A stretch of 64,000 bases of DNA from an uncultured bacterium (GCA_963705505.1 CAVPJU010000010.1:768001-832000), one strand, 5' to 3'; positions 20,625-30,907 are shown, counted from the stretch's first letter. Program-made: numbers and translations. The notes: generated by a model not told the origin, from the sequence alone.

Positions 20625-21884
20625 TCAAATATCGACAGATAACTGCATCCCGGCTACGAGAGCATCGGGGATGCTTCCGCTGCCCCCGGGATGAACGATA
20701 AGCTGCACATCGGGCTGTAAACCGAGCCAGGGCGTTACCTGAAATATATACGTGCCCTCGAGCCCGATCTCATAGTCCTGGTCTTCGAGATCCCGGCTTA
20801 GCTTGCCGTAGGCGAAGCCGAATCCTGCTGCATCGTTATCCCTCCCCGGAAAAACCCCTTCATACTCAAACCCCCCTGACAGGAATAGCGGGAATAGATT
20901 AATTTCATCTTCCGGAGCATATGTGGCAGTCGCCCATAGGGTCAGGCCCTGGCTTCCCGCTCCGGGCTCGCGGTATACCATCTGGTCGGTGACGACGTAA
21001 AACCCGTAGTTGCCGTCACGCGTACTCTCTACGTCCGAAAGCTCGTTGAACTGCCCGGTATCATAGTAAACCCCGAATTTGTAATCCCCCGGGAGTACCG
21101 TGGAACCTGTACCCCTGCCCGGCGTATAGCCCGCTTCGCTTATCAGTATCACGCCGTCATCAAATGTGAAATCGAAGTCAATCGACACATCCTGATTGCG
21201 GGCCGCGTCGGGGTCGGCGTTATACACGCCCGCTGCAACGTAAAAATCGTCCACAGGTTTTACGCGCAGACGCGCCCCCAGGGCTGCATCCGGGTTGCTG
21301 AGGTATGCCGGAATATTGTAGGTCAAGCTTATTGGGTTTGTGTTGAAAGCGGAGCTAACATAAATTCCAAACACATCTGCCGTGCTAAAATCATCCCCTA
21401 TTCCCATACGCCCGACGGCAAGAGTAAATTTGTCTTCCCACAGATTCGTCTCGACGAACAGCTGGTAAAGGCCTATGAAATTACCGTTGAAATCATTCGA
21501 CACGGTAAAGAAATTCCCTATGTCAGCCGCACTCAGATTCTCCCCGAACGCCCACGCACCGGACACGACGAACCTCGTTCCGCCGATCTTGAGCAGTTTC
21601 TCGAGATCGAAATCGAGATAAACATTGAGGAGCCCGGCATACTTTACCCCCTTCCTCATCCCGCCGACGGGATTCCCAAGAATCGCTGCGGAGTATGTCG
21701 CCGTGGGAGTAAGGCCCCAATCTATTAACTTGTCCCTCGACCCGCCCCAATTGCCTGTAAGATATTCGCGGGAGGAAAGGTCTGAGAAAAATGAACCGGC
21801 ATCGTTGGGATTATCTGTTGCCTGAGCGCCCGGCACCACCGCTAGTATGCAGAGATAGAATAAGAAGGCGGCAATATGCTTCAT
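20625..21884 (-). CDS. Carbohydrate-selective porin, OprB family
   Basis: LTGNWGGSR.KL...G, DLEKLL, DQMVYRE and LQPDVQLIVHPGG motifs. Signal peptide. Confidence 0.85.
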   Translation of the reverse strand: MKHIAAFLFYLCILAVVPGAQATDNPNDAGSFFSDLSSREYLTGNWGGSRDKLIDWGLTPTATYSAAILGNPVGGMRKGVKYAGLLNVYLDFDLEKLLKIGGTRFVVSGAWAFGENLSAADIGNFFTVSNDFNGNFIGLYQLFVETNLWEDKFTLAVGRMGIGDDFSTADVFGIYVSSAFNTNPISLTYNIPAYLSNPDAALGARLRVKPVDDFYVAAGVYNADPDAARNQDVSIDFDFTFDDGVILISEAGYTPGRGTGSTVLPGDYKFGVYYDTGQFNELSDVESTRDGNYGFYVVTDQMVYREPGAGSQGLTLWATATYAPEDEINLFPLFLSGGFEYEGVFPGRDNDAAGFGFAYGKLSRDLEDQDYEIGLEGTYIFQVTPWLGLQPDVQLIVHPGGSGSIPDALVAGMQLSVDI

Positions 21885-22015
21885 ATCGGAACGGTCCAAA
21901 ATTTCAACGTATCTTTAACGAGAGAGATAGCTAATTCTACTGCCCGGGTCCGGTGTATGTAAATATGTTTTCGGAGCGGTATTAAACTAATGTGCAACGG
22001 CTAACCGCTATAGTC

Positions 22016-23764
22016 CTAAAATAAACCCCAGAAAGAATTTCGGAGGTTATACCCTATCCCGTCCCAGAATTTACAATCGGCGTCATTATAAGGCCCGGCT
22101 TTGATTTCGTCCACAGGGGTAACGAATATAAGGCTCAGGGAACCGGGCATGAATTCGGGCCATGCGTTTGATTTACCGCCCGGGTCCGGGTCCTTTGCAA
22201 ATTCCGTCCAGTATTCGACCATCAGATCGGACAGGGCGTCTTCCGGAGGGGTAAATTTATTTCCCCTGCCCTCAGGCGTATGGAATACAAACGATAGTTC
22301 CGCTGAATGGCACACCGCATCGGCGCAGGCCGGAATCAGAGGCCAGACATTGAAGGACGGTACGTGGTCGAACAGGTACGACCAGGTCTCGGGGGAGGCA
22401 TGCGTAGCCGCATCCAGGTTCGGGCAGGTAAAGAGATAATCCGTAAGTACCTTTGAAATGAGCCTGGTGTTATCCTTCCCGTTAGGCGGATACTTCCCAT
22501 ATATTTTCCTGCGCAACTCATGATCCCGGAAAATGAAATCCATCGTAAGACGGTAATCGAAATCGGATACAGTTTTCCAACCGAGCCCGGATTTTGCCTT
22601 TTCTACAAATAGGAGCGCTTCGTTTGTGTTGGTGCCTATGATCACGGGCTTCTTCAGCTTGCCGCTTAAAGCCGCCTCGAGCGGCTGCTCAATTAATATT
22701 CCCCCGTCGATGGCGGGCGACCAGACGAGCATATCTTTTATACCCTGAAAGAGCGCAGGCCAGACGAAGTCTCTCTGCTGCTGTGCATCCAGTACAAGCT
22801 CCGGCAGCTTATTCCTCATGCAGCCAATATCGTCGGAGGCGCATCCCACGTTGCCTGCGAACTCTTTCGCCAGGGGCTCCGCCTGTTTTAGAGTCTTGTA
22901 AGGCAGTCCGTAAGGGTTACTCTCCATTATGGCCGCCCTGAATAATCCAGCCGACTTCGGGGAAACAAGGTGAATTCCCGTGCTCATTGCGCCCGCGCTC
23001 TCGCCGTAAATGGTTACTTTATCCGGGTCGCCGCCGAATGCGCTGATATTTTCATGCACCCACTCGAGAGCGAGTATCTGGTCCAGAATTCCGAAATTGC
23101 CGTTAATCTCCTCCCCCGTTTTCTTATCTTTAACCCCGGCAAGGAATCCGAGAGCGCCCAGACGGTAGTTCAGATTAACCACGACCACGTTCCCGTTTGC
23201 CGCCGTGTACGCGCCGTCGTATAAAGGGTCCGCATCAGAGCCGTAAATAAACGCTCCGCCGTAAATGAAGACCATAACAGCCTTTGGGCCATTTGAAGTG
23301 CCGGCGGGGGTCCAGACGTTCACGCTTAGGCAGTCCTCGCTCTGGGGATACATGACGTCCGTATTTTGCGGACACGCGGGTCCGAGCCTCGTCGCTTCGA
23401 ACGTCCCTTCCCATGCCGCCCTGGGCACAGGGGCCTTCCAGCGGTTCTTCCCCGCCGTGGATTCGGCGAAGGGGATGCCGAGGTATGCGTTTACCGGTTT
23501 ACCGTTCGATGTGCCTACGAGGTTCCCGCACAGGGAGCCCTGTTTTATTTTTAATTCACCGGTCGAGCAGGGAGGTTTTTCAAACCCTGAAATATCTTCA
23601 TATATGGGCGGTGATGGAGGGACCCCGGGAGGCGTCTTCGAAGTGGTGACCGGCTTATTTCCGGCGCAGCCGAAGGTTATGAAAGAGATGAGAATGACCG
23701 AGAGAGAAATCCTTAAAAGTTGACACACTTTGACCTTTTTCCAGATAGCAGGATCAGAGCTCAT
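22016..23764 (-). CDS. Type-B carboxylesterase, probable lipoprotein
   Basis: YLGIPFA, SEDCLSVNVWTP, FGGDPDKVTIYGESAG, GTNTNE and CHSAEL motifs. Lipobox-like ITFGC. Start codon uncertain. Confidence 0.9.
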   Translation of the reverse strand: MSSDPAIWKKVKVCQLLRISLSVILISFITFGCAGNKPVTTSKTPPGVPPSPPIYEDISGFEKPPCSTGELKIKQGSLCGNLVGTSNGKPVNAYLGIPFAESTAGKNRWKAPVPRAAWEGTFEATRLGPACPQNTDVMYPQSEDCLSVNVWTPAGTSNGPKAVMVFIYGGAFIYGSDADPLYDGAYTAANGNVVVVNLNYRLGALGFLAGVKDKKTGEEINGNFGILDQILALEWVHENISAFGGDPDKVTIYGESAGAMSTGIHLVSPKSAGLFRAAIMESNPYGLPYKTLKQAEPLAKEFAGNVGCASDDIGCMRNKLPELVLDAQQQRDFVWPALFQGIKDMLVWSPAIDGGILIEQPLEAALSGKLKKPVIIGTNTNEALLFVEKAKSGLGWKTVSDFDYRLTMDFIFRDHELRRKIYGKYPPNGKDNTRLISKVLTDYLFTCPNLDAATHASPETWSYLFDHVPSFNVWPLIPACADAVCHSAELSFVFHTPEGRGNKFTPPEDALSDLMVEYWTEFAKDPDPGGKSNAWPEFMPGSLSLIFVTPVDEIKAGPYNDADCKFWDGIGYNLRNSFWGLF

Positions 23765-24251
23765 AAAGGGTTTCGTCCACACTAGGTTTTGGAGTGGTTT
23801 TCTTTGCGCCCTTTTTCTTCTTGGATTCGAATTGAAACGAGTCCTCTCCGAGCAGATCGCCTAACTCCTCCTCGATCTTATCCGGGTCCTCGCCCCTCTC
23901 CATGCGGTTAAGAGCCTCCTCCATTCCTTCGCCGAGCGAAATACCGGCCGCATCGGAGAGCTTTCTCATCAGATCCGCGGCCTGACGGGGGTCGTCCTCG
24001 TCGATCGCACCCGATTCCTCCTCCAGCATATCCATAGCCTTCTCGAGCCTGGATTCGTCTATATCCGGAATACCGGACTCGGGGCCGCTTTCTTTATCCT
24101 TTTTACTCAGAGTGGCAAAGGAAGAGAAAACCCTTTCGAGTTTCCTTCTCCCGCATTTGGGACATTTGGGGATAGTCGTGGTATCTATCGTCCGGGAGAA
24201 GAATTTGTATATCGTATTGCACTTTTTGCAGAAGAACTCGTAGATCGGCAT
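23754..24251 (-). CDS. FmdB-family zinc-ribbon protein
   Basis: MPIYEFFCKKC...CPKCG, followed by an acidic helical C-terminal domain. Confidence 0.85.
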   Translation of the reverse strand: MPIYEFFCKKCNTIYKFFSRTIDTTTIPKCPKCGRRKLERVFSSFATLSKKDKESGPESGIPDIDESRLEKAMDMLEEESGAIDEDDPRQAADLMRKLSDAAGISLGEGMEEALNRMERGEDPDKIEEELGDLLGEDSFQFESKKKKGAKKTTPKPSVDETLYEL

Positions 24252-24378
24252 ATCCGTTCCCCGTTGTGACTCTATTATACACAAATATTAAATTTTCTTC
24301 CCGCAGGAAAACGGAGTGTTAAAGCGTCGTCCTTCCTCCGTCGATAACGATGTCGGAGCCGGTTACGTTATAGAGGGC

Positions 24379-24630
24379 ATACTTCGTGTGCGCTCAGGAC
24401 GAACGGGCTCATCGAAACTAGTTCAGGGTGACGAAATGATGAGATTGCTTCGTCTTTGGCTCGCAGTGACACCCTCACCTTCGTCCTCTTCTCTCAAGGG
24501 CGAGGAAATAATGTATCAATGCAGGCCCTGTCCTTGGCTTGACCCGGGAACTCGCTCCTACATATCTTAAGATTTGGAAAGAGAATTATATAAAATCCAC
24601 CCTAACCCTCCTTTACGAAAGGAGGGAATC
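24379..24630. repeat. Composite array of REP-like short palindromic repeats (left copy)
   Basis: CTTCG..GCTCAGGACGAA (24382-24403), GAGATTGCTTCG..GCTCGCAGTGAC (24441-24470), CCCTCACCT..CCTC..GGGCGAGGAAAT (24472-24509) and hairpin CCCTCCTTT-ACG-AAAGGAGGG (~24606-24626). The first three motif types recur at 32611-32743. Confidence 0.7.
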
Positions 24631-24828
24631 GAATGACAAGAGACTGGATTTCTTATACTTAGTTCCATACGACAGGGCATGTGAGTTCTGATCATAGTCG
24701 CGGGATACCGCTTCTAGAGAAGGGACCGGTTATTATAGAGAACCTTTGCTGAAGAGCCGCACAGAAACCGTATATGAGCACACATTGTGTGCCGCTCGTG
24801 CAATTTTAAGATAGAGAACTCCGTATTA

Positions 24829-25494
24829 TCAAACGAGGAGCTTCGAACCCCTCTTCTCGGCTTCGCTCTCATCGGCTTTTTTCGTCTTGGGTATGTCCAT
24901 GCCCGCTTTGACAGCGGGGCGACGCCTTACCGTCGTCATCCATCTCCTCAAGTTAGTGAGGTCGTCTATTTCGACACCGGCCCAGTTGTGGAGCGCGATC
25001 CAGGGGTATGTCGCTATATCGGCAATGGAGTAAAAATCCCCGGCTAAATACTCGCTGTCCCTGAGGCGTGTATCGAGCACCGTGTAGAGCCTCTTTGTCT
25101 CGCGCTGATAACGGCCTATGGCGTATTCGATCTTTTCAGGCGCGTACCTGAAAAATACGTGCGCCTGACCCTGCATCGGGCCTATCCCGGCCATCTGGAA
25201 CATGAGCCACTGTATCACTGTCGAGCGGCCTTTGACGTCCGAGGGCAGGAGCTTCCCCGTTTTCTCGGCGAGGTAAATCAAAATAGCCCCCGACTCGAAA
25301 ACGGCAAAATCGCCGTTATCGCGGTCGACGATCGCGGGTATCCTGCCGTTCGGGTTAATTTTCAGATACCAGTCCTGCCTCTGCTCGAACTTGCTCAGGT
25401 GGAGATGGATGAGGTTGTATGGAAGCCCGACCTCCTCGAGCATTACCGAGACCTTTCTACCGTTTGGCGTCGTGGACGTGTAAAAATCGATCAT
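24829..25494 (-). CDS. Glutathione S-transferase, YfcG/YghU-like
   Basis: [23 protein letters not shown] and YSIADIA motifs. Confidence 0.92.
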   Translation of the reverse strand: MIDFYTSTTPNGRKVSVMLEEVGLPYNLIHLHLSKFEQRQDWYLKINPNGRIPAIVDRDNGDFAVFESGAILIYLAEKTGKLLPSDVKGRSTVIQWLMFQMAGIGPMQGQAHVFFRYAPEKIEYAIGRYQRETKRLYTVLDTRLRDSEYLAGDFYSIADIATYPWIALHNWAGVEIDDLTNLRRWMTTVRRRPAVKAGMDIPKTKKADESEAEKRGSKLLV

Positions 25495-25578
25495 GGGGCT
25501 TCTCCCTGCGTTTTTATTTAACGAGTTTAAAATTGGCGTCAGCTTATAATGTTACTTTAAAGATTTAGTTGATGAAAA

Positions 25579-26208
25579 CTATTTCAGGGATTCGGCAAGG
25601 AAGGTTTTGGCCGCGTTTATCTCTTCGCGGGTGAGGCTATGCCCATTATCCTGCCAGAATACCTCCACGCGGGCGCCCGCCCCCTTAAGAAGTTTGACGA
25701 GGTTCTCCGTTCCCTCGGGGCTGACTACGGGATCGTTAGTACCGGCAGTTATCAAGATATCGGTATCAGATAAATCAGGTAGCTGATCCGGCACAAAGGG
25801 GACCATGGGGTGGAACAATACAGCCCTCGGAATGACGCCGGAATATGTGAGGAGAATACTGGCCGCTATATTCGCCCCGTTCGAATAGCCGGCTGCGGTC
25901 AATTTACTCCTGTCGAAGCCGTAGGCACCGGAAGCCTCGATTATGAATTCCGCAAGCTCCGCGGTTCTCACGCGCAAATCCTCGAGATCGAAGACCCCTT
26001 CCGCGAAGCGTCTGAAAAATCGGGGCATCCCGTTCTCCAATATCTTGCCCCGGGGACTCAGTATTGCGGCGCCAGGCAATATCCTCTCCGCTACAGGAAC
26101 GAGGCTTTCCTCGTCCCCTCCGGTCCCGTGCAAAAGCAGTATGGTCGCCCGGTTATCCGGGTCAGAAGCCGGAATAAATACGTGTATAAACCCTAAATCG
26201 GTGCTCAC
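25579..26208 (-). CDS. Alpha/beta hydrolase, MhqD/YodD-like carboxylesterase
   Basis: LLHGTGGDE, ENGMPRFFRR and GYSNGANIA motifs. Directly downstream of the ring-cleaving dioxygenase. Confidence 0.88.
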   Translation of the reverse strand: MSTDLGFIHVFIPASDPDNRATILLLHGTGGDEESLVPVAERILPGAAILSPRGKILENGMPRFFRRFAEGVFDLEDLRVRTAELAEFIIEASGAYGFDRSKLTAAGYSNGANIAASILLTYSGVIPRAVLFHPMVPFVPDQLPDLSDTDILITAGTNDPVVSPEGTENLVKLLKGAGARVEVFWQDNGHSLTREEINAAKTFLAESLK

Positions 26209-26219
26209 TGAAACCTCTA

Positions 26220-27149
26220 TCAGAGCTCTGGCAGGACTCCTTCGATTTCGTTTCTATGGGACTCGAGCCAGCGGGGCAGCATTAATCCGCGCCCCAGGTT
26301 AGCGGCATCTTCATCGACTGTAAAGCCGGGCGGATCGGTCGCTATTTCAAACAGCACACCGCCCGGCTCCCGGAAGTAAACGGATTTGAAATAGTTCCTG
26401 TCGAGCTGCGGAGTGACGTTGTAGCCAAGACCGACGAGCTGCTCTCTTATCGCGAGCTGCGCCCCTTCATCAGGAGCCCTGAATGCAATGTGGTGTACGC
26501 ATCCCCCGGCCACACTCCCGCGCTGCCCGGAGGGAAGGCAGACGAGGTCCAAGATATTCGCGTGTCTGCAGTTTCCGTTAACGAACCTGAAACGGTTCGC
26601 ATGCTCGTCCTTTTTTTCATATCCGAGGATTTCAGTAAGCAATTTCGCAGTCGCCTCGTAACCTTCGAGCGTCAATGCGGCGTCATAAAAACCCCTGATC
26701 CCATACTCCGGGGGAACTTCATCCGCGCTCCATGCCGGTCTCTCATCGTCTTCCGAGGCAACGAGCTCGAGCTTGAGCCCGTCGGGGTCGAGGAACACGA
26801 GGACTTCTTCACCGAGCCTCGAAGAAGGATTGTTGTATGTGACGTTAGAGCTTTGGAATCTATCGAGCCAGAAGCTCATCGAGGCCTCCGGGATAGAGAA
26901 TGACACGGCGGTCACCTGACCCGTCCCCGCCCTGCCTCTCCTTATCCCTTCCCAGGGAAAGAAAGTAAGGATGGTTCCCGGCTCGCCCTTTTCGTTGCCG
27001 TAGTAAAGATGGTATGTGGTCGGGTCGTCGAAATTTACGGTCTTTTTGACCAGACGCAGTCCGAGGATTTTCGTATAGAATTCATAATTCTTCTTTGCAC
27101 TAGTGGCGATCGCGGTTATGTGATGAATCCCCAAAATTTTGCCCGGCAT
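26220..27149 (-). CDS. Ring-cleaving dioxygenase (MhqO/MhqA, VOC family)
   Basis: GIHHITAI, KKTVNFDDP.TYHLYYG, VHHIAFR and DRNYFKSVYFREPGGVLFEIATD motifs. Confidence 0.93.
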   Translation of the reverse strand: MPGKILGIHHITAIATSAKKNYEFYTKILGLRLVKKTVNFDDPTTYHLYYGNEKGEPGTILTFFPWEGIRRGRAGTGQVTAVSFSIPEASMSFWLDRFQSSNVTYNNPSSRLGEEVLVFLDPDGLKLELVASEDDERPAWSADEVPPEYGIRGFYDAALTLEGYEATAKLLTEILGYEKKDEHANRFRFVNGNCRHANILDLVCLPSGQRGSVAGGCVHHIAFRAPDEGAQLAIREQLVGLGYNVTPQLDRNYFKSVYFREPGGVLFEIATDPPGFTVDEDAANLGRGLMLPRWLESHRNEIEGVLPEL

Positions 27150-27175
27150 ATTTCCCTCGCGGAATTTTGAAATAT

Positions 27176-27526
27176 TTACCCGAGCGTCACGAATAAGGAC
27201 CTGCGCGGTTTGTTGTTCGTAACCCTCGTCCTGTGCCCCTTACCTGTCACATCCTCGACAAGGAGTACATCTCCGCCCCTGAACAGCCTTTTCTCCCCGT
27301 CGCTGACCTCAATTTCAATCTCGCCGTCGAGGAGAACTATATATTGCCTCTGCGGAGCGTTATGCCAGTCGTAATCATAGTCGGCGTCGTTTTCCCTGAA
27401 GATTATTTCTTTCACAGGCGATCTTTCCGAAAGCCGCCCGATCGGACCCATATCTCTAAGGTCGATCTCGATTTCTCCGAAATGGGACTCACCATCACGG
27501 TCGGCATATAGTCTTGTGATATTCAT
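27176..27526 (-). CDS. Cupin-domain protein
   Basis: YADRDGESHF, WHNAPQRQY..LLDGEIEIEVSDG and EDVTGKGH motifs. Confidence 0.8.
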   Translation of the reverse strand: MNITRLYADRDGESHFGEIEIDLRDMGPIGRLSERSPVKEIIFRENDADYDYDWHNAPQRQYIVLLDGEIEIEVSDGEKRLFRGGDVLLVEDVTGKGHRTRVTNNKPRRSLFVTLG

Positions 27527-27561
27527 CGTGTCGCTGCGCGAAGACGATTCTCAGTCTTCAA

Positions 27562-27933
27562 TCAATACCTCGAATATTCGGGGTCGAGATAGATATACAC
27601 GCGTTGTATCTTTCCGTCTCTTATCTCGAACACGTCGCACCACTTACTATCGCTCCAGGTCTCGCCCGTCTTGAGCTTGCCCTTGCTGGAACCCTCGGCC
27701 ACGACCATGTCGCCCTGAATTATCCAGTTTATGTATGCGTGGTAGTGAGTGAAGTCTTCAACCAGTGACCCGAGGTGGGTGAAAAGCTTTTTATATTCGA
27801 CCGCGCCCCTCGCTACGCCCCAGTTCGGGAAAAACACCTCGGCGTCCTCAGCCATCAGATGATAAAAGTCCCTCTTGTAATCGAGGCTCTTCAAATATTC
27901 CGCCGCGATGGATTTTCTCTCTTCGTCAGTCAT
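27562..27933 (-). CDS. SnoaL/NTF2-like protein
   Basis: GDMVVAEG...WCDVFEIRDGKIQRVYIYLDP motif. Confidence 0.8.
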   Translation of the reverse strand: MTDEERKSIAAEYLKSLDYKRDFYHLMAEDAEVFFPNWGVARGAVEYKKLFTHLGSLVEDFTHYHAYINWIIQGDMVVAEGSSKGKLKTGETWSDSKWCDVFEIRDGKIQRVYIYLDPEYSRY

Positions 27934-28044
27934 TTATAACCCCCTTAGAAAGTGATCATGCGTCTTGAAATATATTTTATGGGTTCGGTCTAATAATTCA
28001 ACCGGGTACATGTTTGTTATTTAGTTCCATTTTATGTACCAGCT

Positions 28045-28218
28045 ATGGAAAGAAGGATAAAAACAGAAGAAAAAGCGTGTCCCGTCGGCGCGATCAATAC
28101 ATTCGGGGGGAAATGGAAGCCCGAGATCATTTATTACCTAAACCTGTCGCCGCGGAGGTTTAACGAACTCAGGAGGCTGATCCCGCTTGTCACACAGCGG
28201 ATGCTCACGCAGCAATAG
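28045..28218 (+). pseudogene. Truncated HxlR-family (winged helix) transcriptional regulator
   Basis: Not in the ORF track. Hand translation: MERRIKTEEKACPVGAINTFGGKWKPEIIYYLNLSPRRFNELRRLIPLVTQRMLTQQ*. This is an HxlR N-terminal half (CPV, GGKWK, RFNEL, MLTQQ) ending in TAG inside the HTH. Confidence 0.85.
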
Positions 28219-28282
28219 TATGATCTCTCGAATAAGACATCGCCTCGCGAGAAAATCAAAGCCTGAGGAATGAGCCCGGTAT

Positions 28283-28978
28283 TCACTTAATCAGATCGCT
28301 CAGCCATTTATGCAGGGGGGACATGTCCCTGAATATTTCAAAACAATAATCGACGAAACCGGAGGAATAAATTTCTTCCGGCAGAGGGCTCTCGCGGTAC
28401 GCGTAAAGTCCGTTATGGAGCAATAACTCCGCTCTCGGGTGACCGGGATCATAGCCCGCGGGTACTCTCTTGTAATGCTGTCCGCCTATTTTGTATAACG
28501 GGTTTGCGGTTATTCGCTTTAAAATTCTTTTGAGCTCCGCCCCCCGCTTCGTATGAACCACGGAGTCCCTGTACGGCCTGAGCAGATCGGAGGGAAAACG
28601 GTACTCGCCCGCGCCTACGAAGATCGAGGACTTATTGAGCTGCAGGTAATAATTCGAATTCTCGAGTTTTTTCCTCGCGCCTTCCCAGAAGAGGATGCCG
28701 ACGTGGGTCTTGTAAGGCGTCTTATCCTCGGAAAACCTCGTGTCCCTGTAAAGCCGGAATATCGATTTATCTATTCGCGGAATGGCGGAGATTCGCGGGG
28801 ATATCGTTTTAAGCCTCTCTCCCATTTCGACGACGAACTCCTGAGCTGGTTCCAATACATGTTCGTCGAATACGCTTCGGTGCTCCTCAAACCACTGCCT
28901 TGTATTATTGAGCTCGAGCTCCTTTAAGAACCCGAAAGCTTCTTTTGTAAATCCGCCGAATTTTCTTTCGCTCGTCAT
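28283..28978 (-). CDS. DUF2461 family protein
   Basis: FLKELELNNTRQWF, IFRLYRDTRFSEDKTPYKTH and KRVPAGYDPGHP motifs. Confidence 0.88.
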   Translation of the reverse strand: MTSERKFGGFTKEAFGFLKELELNNTRQWFEEHRSVFDEHVLEPAQEFVVEMGERLKTISPRISAIPRIDKSIFRLYRDTRFSEDKTPYKTHVGILFWEGARKKLENSNYYLQLNKSSIFVGAGEYRFPSDLLRPYRDSVVHTKRGAELKRILKRITANPLYKIGGQHYKRVPAGYDPGHPRAELLLHNGLYAYRESPLPEEIYSSGFVDYCFEIFRDMSPLHKWLSDLIK

Positions 28979-29025
28979 ATAACAGCGCCAGATATTTTAA
29001 ACCGTACCGGAATGCGAAAGCTTAC

Positions 29026-29643
29026 CTAACTATTAGATGAACGAATCTTGCGATAGGATTTTAAATAGTTAATGGCGTGTGCTACGGTTTTCTCGGCCGC
29101 TTCGGAGTCCTTTCTCACCTTCGAAACAAGGAGAGCCCCCTGGACCGAAGCTAGGCAGAAATCAGCCATGGATTCGGGGTCGGCGGTCTCCTTCAATTCC
29201 CCGCGCGACTTAAGCTCATCGAAAAAAGACGAGATGTTGTCCCTTACGTATTCGAATACAAGGTTGACGTCTCGGCGCACGCGTTCATTTTCGGATGCGA
29301 GCTCGTCTCCGATAGAGCCTATGGGACACGACCGTTCATAGTCATACTTTTTTGCCGCCTTTACATGGTCGTGGAAGAAACTTTCGAGGTCGTCCCAGTT
29401 TTCAATTTGTACTCTTACCGGTGCTTTGCCGCTCCTGAAGACATCCAGATAGAACCTGAGCACTTCATGGACTATCTCATCTTTGCTGCCGAAGTAATGG
29501 TAAAACTGACTCTTTCCCGTCCCCGACGCTACGAGTATCTGATCGATGCTCGTAGCCCTGACGCCCTGGCGGTGAAAAAGCTCTCGAGCGGTCTCGATTA
29601 TGACGGCACGGGTCTTATTACCCTTTTCCGATAAAACACTCAT
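29026..29643 (-). CDS. TetR/AcrR family transcriptional regulator
   Basis: N-terminal HTH (LFHRQGVRATSIDQI...GKSQFYHYFGSKD) and C-terminal SCPIG motif. Confidence 0.93.
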   Translation of the reverse strand: MSVLSEKGNKTRAVIIETARELFHRQGVRATSIDQILVASGTGKSQFYHYFGSKDEIVHEVLRFYLDVFRSGKAPVRVQIENWDDLESFFHDHVKAAKKYDYERSCPIGSIGDELASENERVRRDVNLVFEYVRDNISSFFDELKSRGELKETADPESMADFCLASVQGALLVSKVRKDSEAAEKTVAHAINYLKSYRKIRSSNS

Positions 29644-29649
29644 CCTATA

Positions 29650-29677
29650 ATTGTACTAATCAGTTCAGTTTTATCAA
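29650..29677 (-). promoter_or_regulatory. Putative leaderless sigma70 promoter of tetR with an overlapping imperfect palindrome (autoregulatory operator)
   Basis: Minus strand TTGATA-16 bp-TACAAT-6 nt-ATG. Near-palindrome TGTACTAATCAGTTCA at 29652-29667. Confidence 0.6.
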
Positions 29678-29804
29678 ACGGGAATTCGCCGGAAGTAGGA
29701 AGCATGACAGGATGGCGCTTTTTTGGATTCGAGGGCAAGAACCGGAGTGCGGTGTAATAGCGAGATTGATATATTACTTCTAACACACAAACAGGAGGTC
29801 TGTA

Positions 29805-30890
29805 ATGTCTTCTACAATAACGATAGAATATTCTACGATGACTTTACCGCTCAGCGACGATGACAGGTGGGCTGCTGTAAAGAGACGCGACCCGAGGGCA
29901 GACGGCATATTTTACTATTCCGTGCTGACGACGGGCGTTTATTGCCGCCCGTCTTGCGCGTCGCGGTTGGCCCGGCGGGAAAATGTCCGCTTCCATTCGA
30001 CATGTGAAGAGGCCGAGAGTGCGGGCTTCAGACCGTGCAGGAGATGCTGTCCGAATGAGGCGGCGCTCAATGATAAACGAGCAGCTCTGGTCGTGAAAGC
30101 CTGCCGCCTTATAGAGCAGGCGGACGAAACGCTGAGCCTCGATACGCTCGCGAATACACTCGGCATGAGCCGTTTCCACTTTCACCGCGTTTTCAAAGCC
30201 GTGACCGGTCTCACGCCAAAGGCTTATGCAGACGCTCTCCGGGCAAAGCGTGTGAAAGACGAATTGTCCCGAAGAGATAGCGTGACGGGCGCGATCTACG
30301 GCTCGGGCTTCAATTCGAGCGGACGGTTCTACGCCTCGACATCGGATATGCTCGGTATGACGCCCACCGAATTCCGCACTGGCGGCAGCGGTGCATCGAT
30401 CCGCTTCGCCGTCGGTGAATGCTCCCTGGGCGCGATCCTCGTCGCGGCTACGGATAAAGGTGTCTGCGCCATCATGCTCGGCGACGACCCCGATGCACTC
30501 GTACGCGAGATTCAGGACCGATTTCACAAAGCGGAGCTGATAGGCGGCGATAAAGATTTCGAGAAACTCGTCGCGCGTGTCGTCGGCTTTGTCGAAGCCC
30601 CTCGGCTCGGCTTCGATTTACCCCTCGACGTGCTCGGGACTGCCTTCCAGAAGCGGGTCTGGCAGGCGCTGAGTAAAATCCCCGCCGGATCCACGGCTAG
30701 CTACGGGGAAATTGCAGAAATGATCGGAGCGCCGAAAGCCGCGCGCGCCGTGGCCGGGGCCTGCGCGTCCAACATGATCGCGGTCGCTATCCCGTGTCAC
30801 CGCGTGCTGCGTAATGACGGGTCGCTCTCCGGTTATCGCTGGGGGGTCGAGCGCAAGCGTTCACTGCTGGACAGGGAGCGGAATGATTAA
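29805..30890 (+). CDS. ada: Bifunctional transcriptional activator / O6-methylguanine-DNA methyltransferase Ada
   Basis: TTGVYCRPSC and FRPCRRC zinc site, AraC-type HTH, and IPCHRV acceptor Cys. Confidence 0.96.
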   Translation: MSSTITIEYSTMTLPLSDDDRWAAVKRRDPRADGIFYYSVLTTGVYCRPSCASRLARRENVRFHSTCEEAESAGFRPCRRCCPNEAALNDKRAALVVKACRLIEQADETLSLDTLANTLGMSRFHFHRVFKAVTGLTPKAYADALRAKRVKDELSRRDSVTGAIYGSGFNSSGRFYASTSDMLGMTPTEFRTGGSGASIRFAVGECSLGAILVAATDKGVCAIMLGDDPDALVREIQDRFHKAELIGGDKDFEKLVARVVGFVEAPRLGFDLPLDVLGTAFQKRVWQALSKIPAGSTASYGEIAEMIGAPKAARAVAGACASNMIAVAIPCHRVLRNDGSLSGYRWGVERKRSLLDRERND

Positions 30891-30907
30891 TGCCCCGGTC
30901 AACCACA

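Noticed and set aside
24316..24570. 84-aa ORF in the intergenic region
   Set aside because: It runs across the REP-like repeats and has no protein-like features.
24659..28030. 10-bp direct repeat TTAGTTCCAT at 24659 and 28021 flanking the detox operon, as a possible target-site duplication
   Set aside because: It does not extend beyond 10 bp and no integrase or transposase is present, so it is compatible with chance.
29700..29750. Ada box upstream of ada (AAAGCGC-like on the minus strand; GAT-N6-GCAA)
   Set aside because: Only partial matches with inconsistent orientation, so not supportable.
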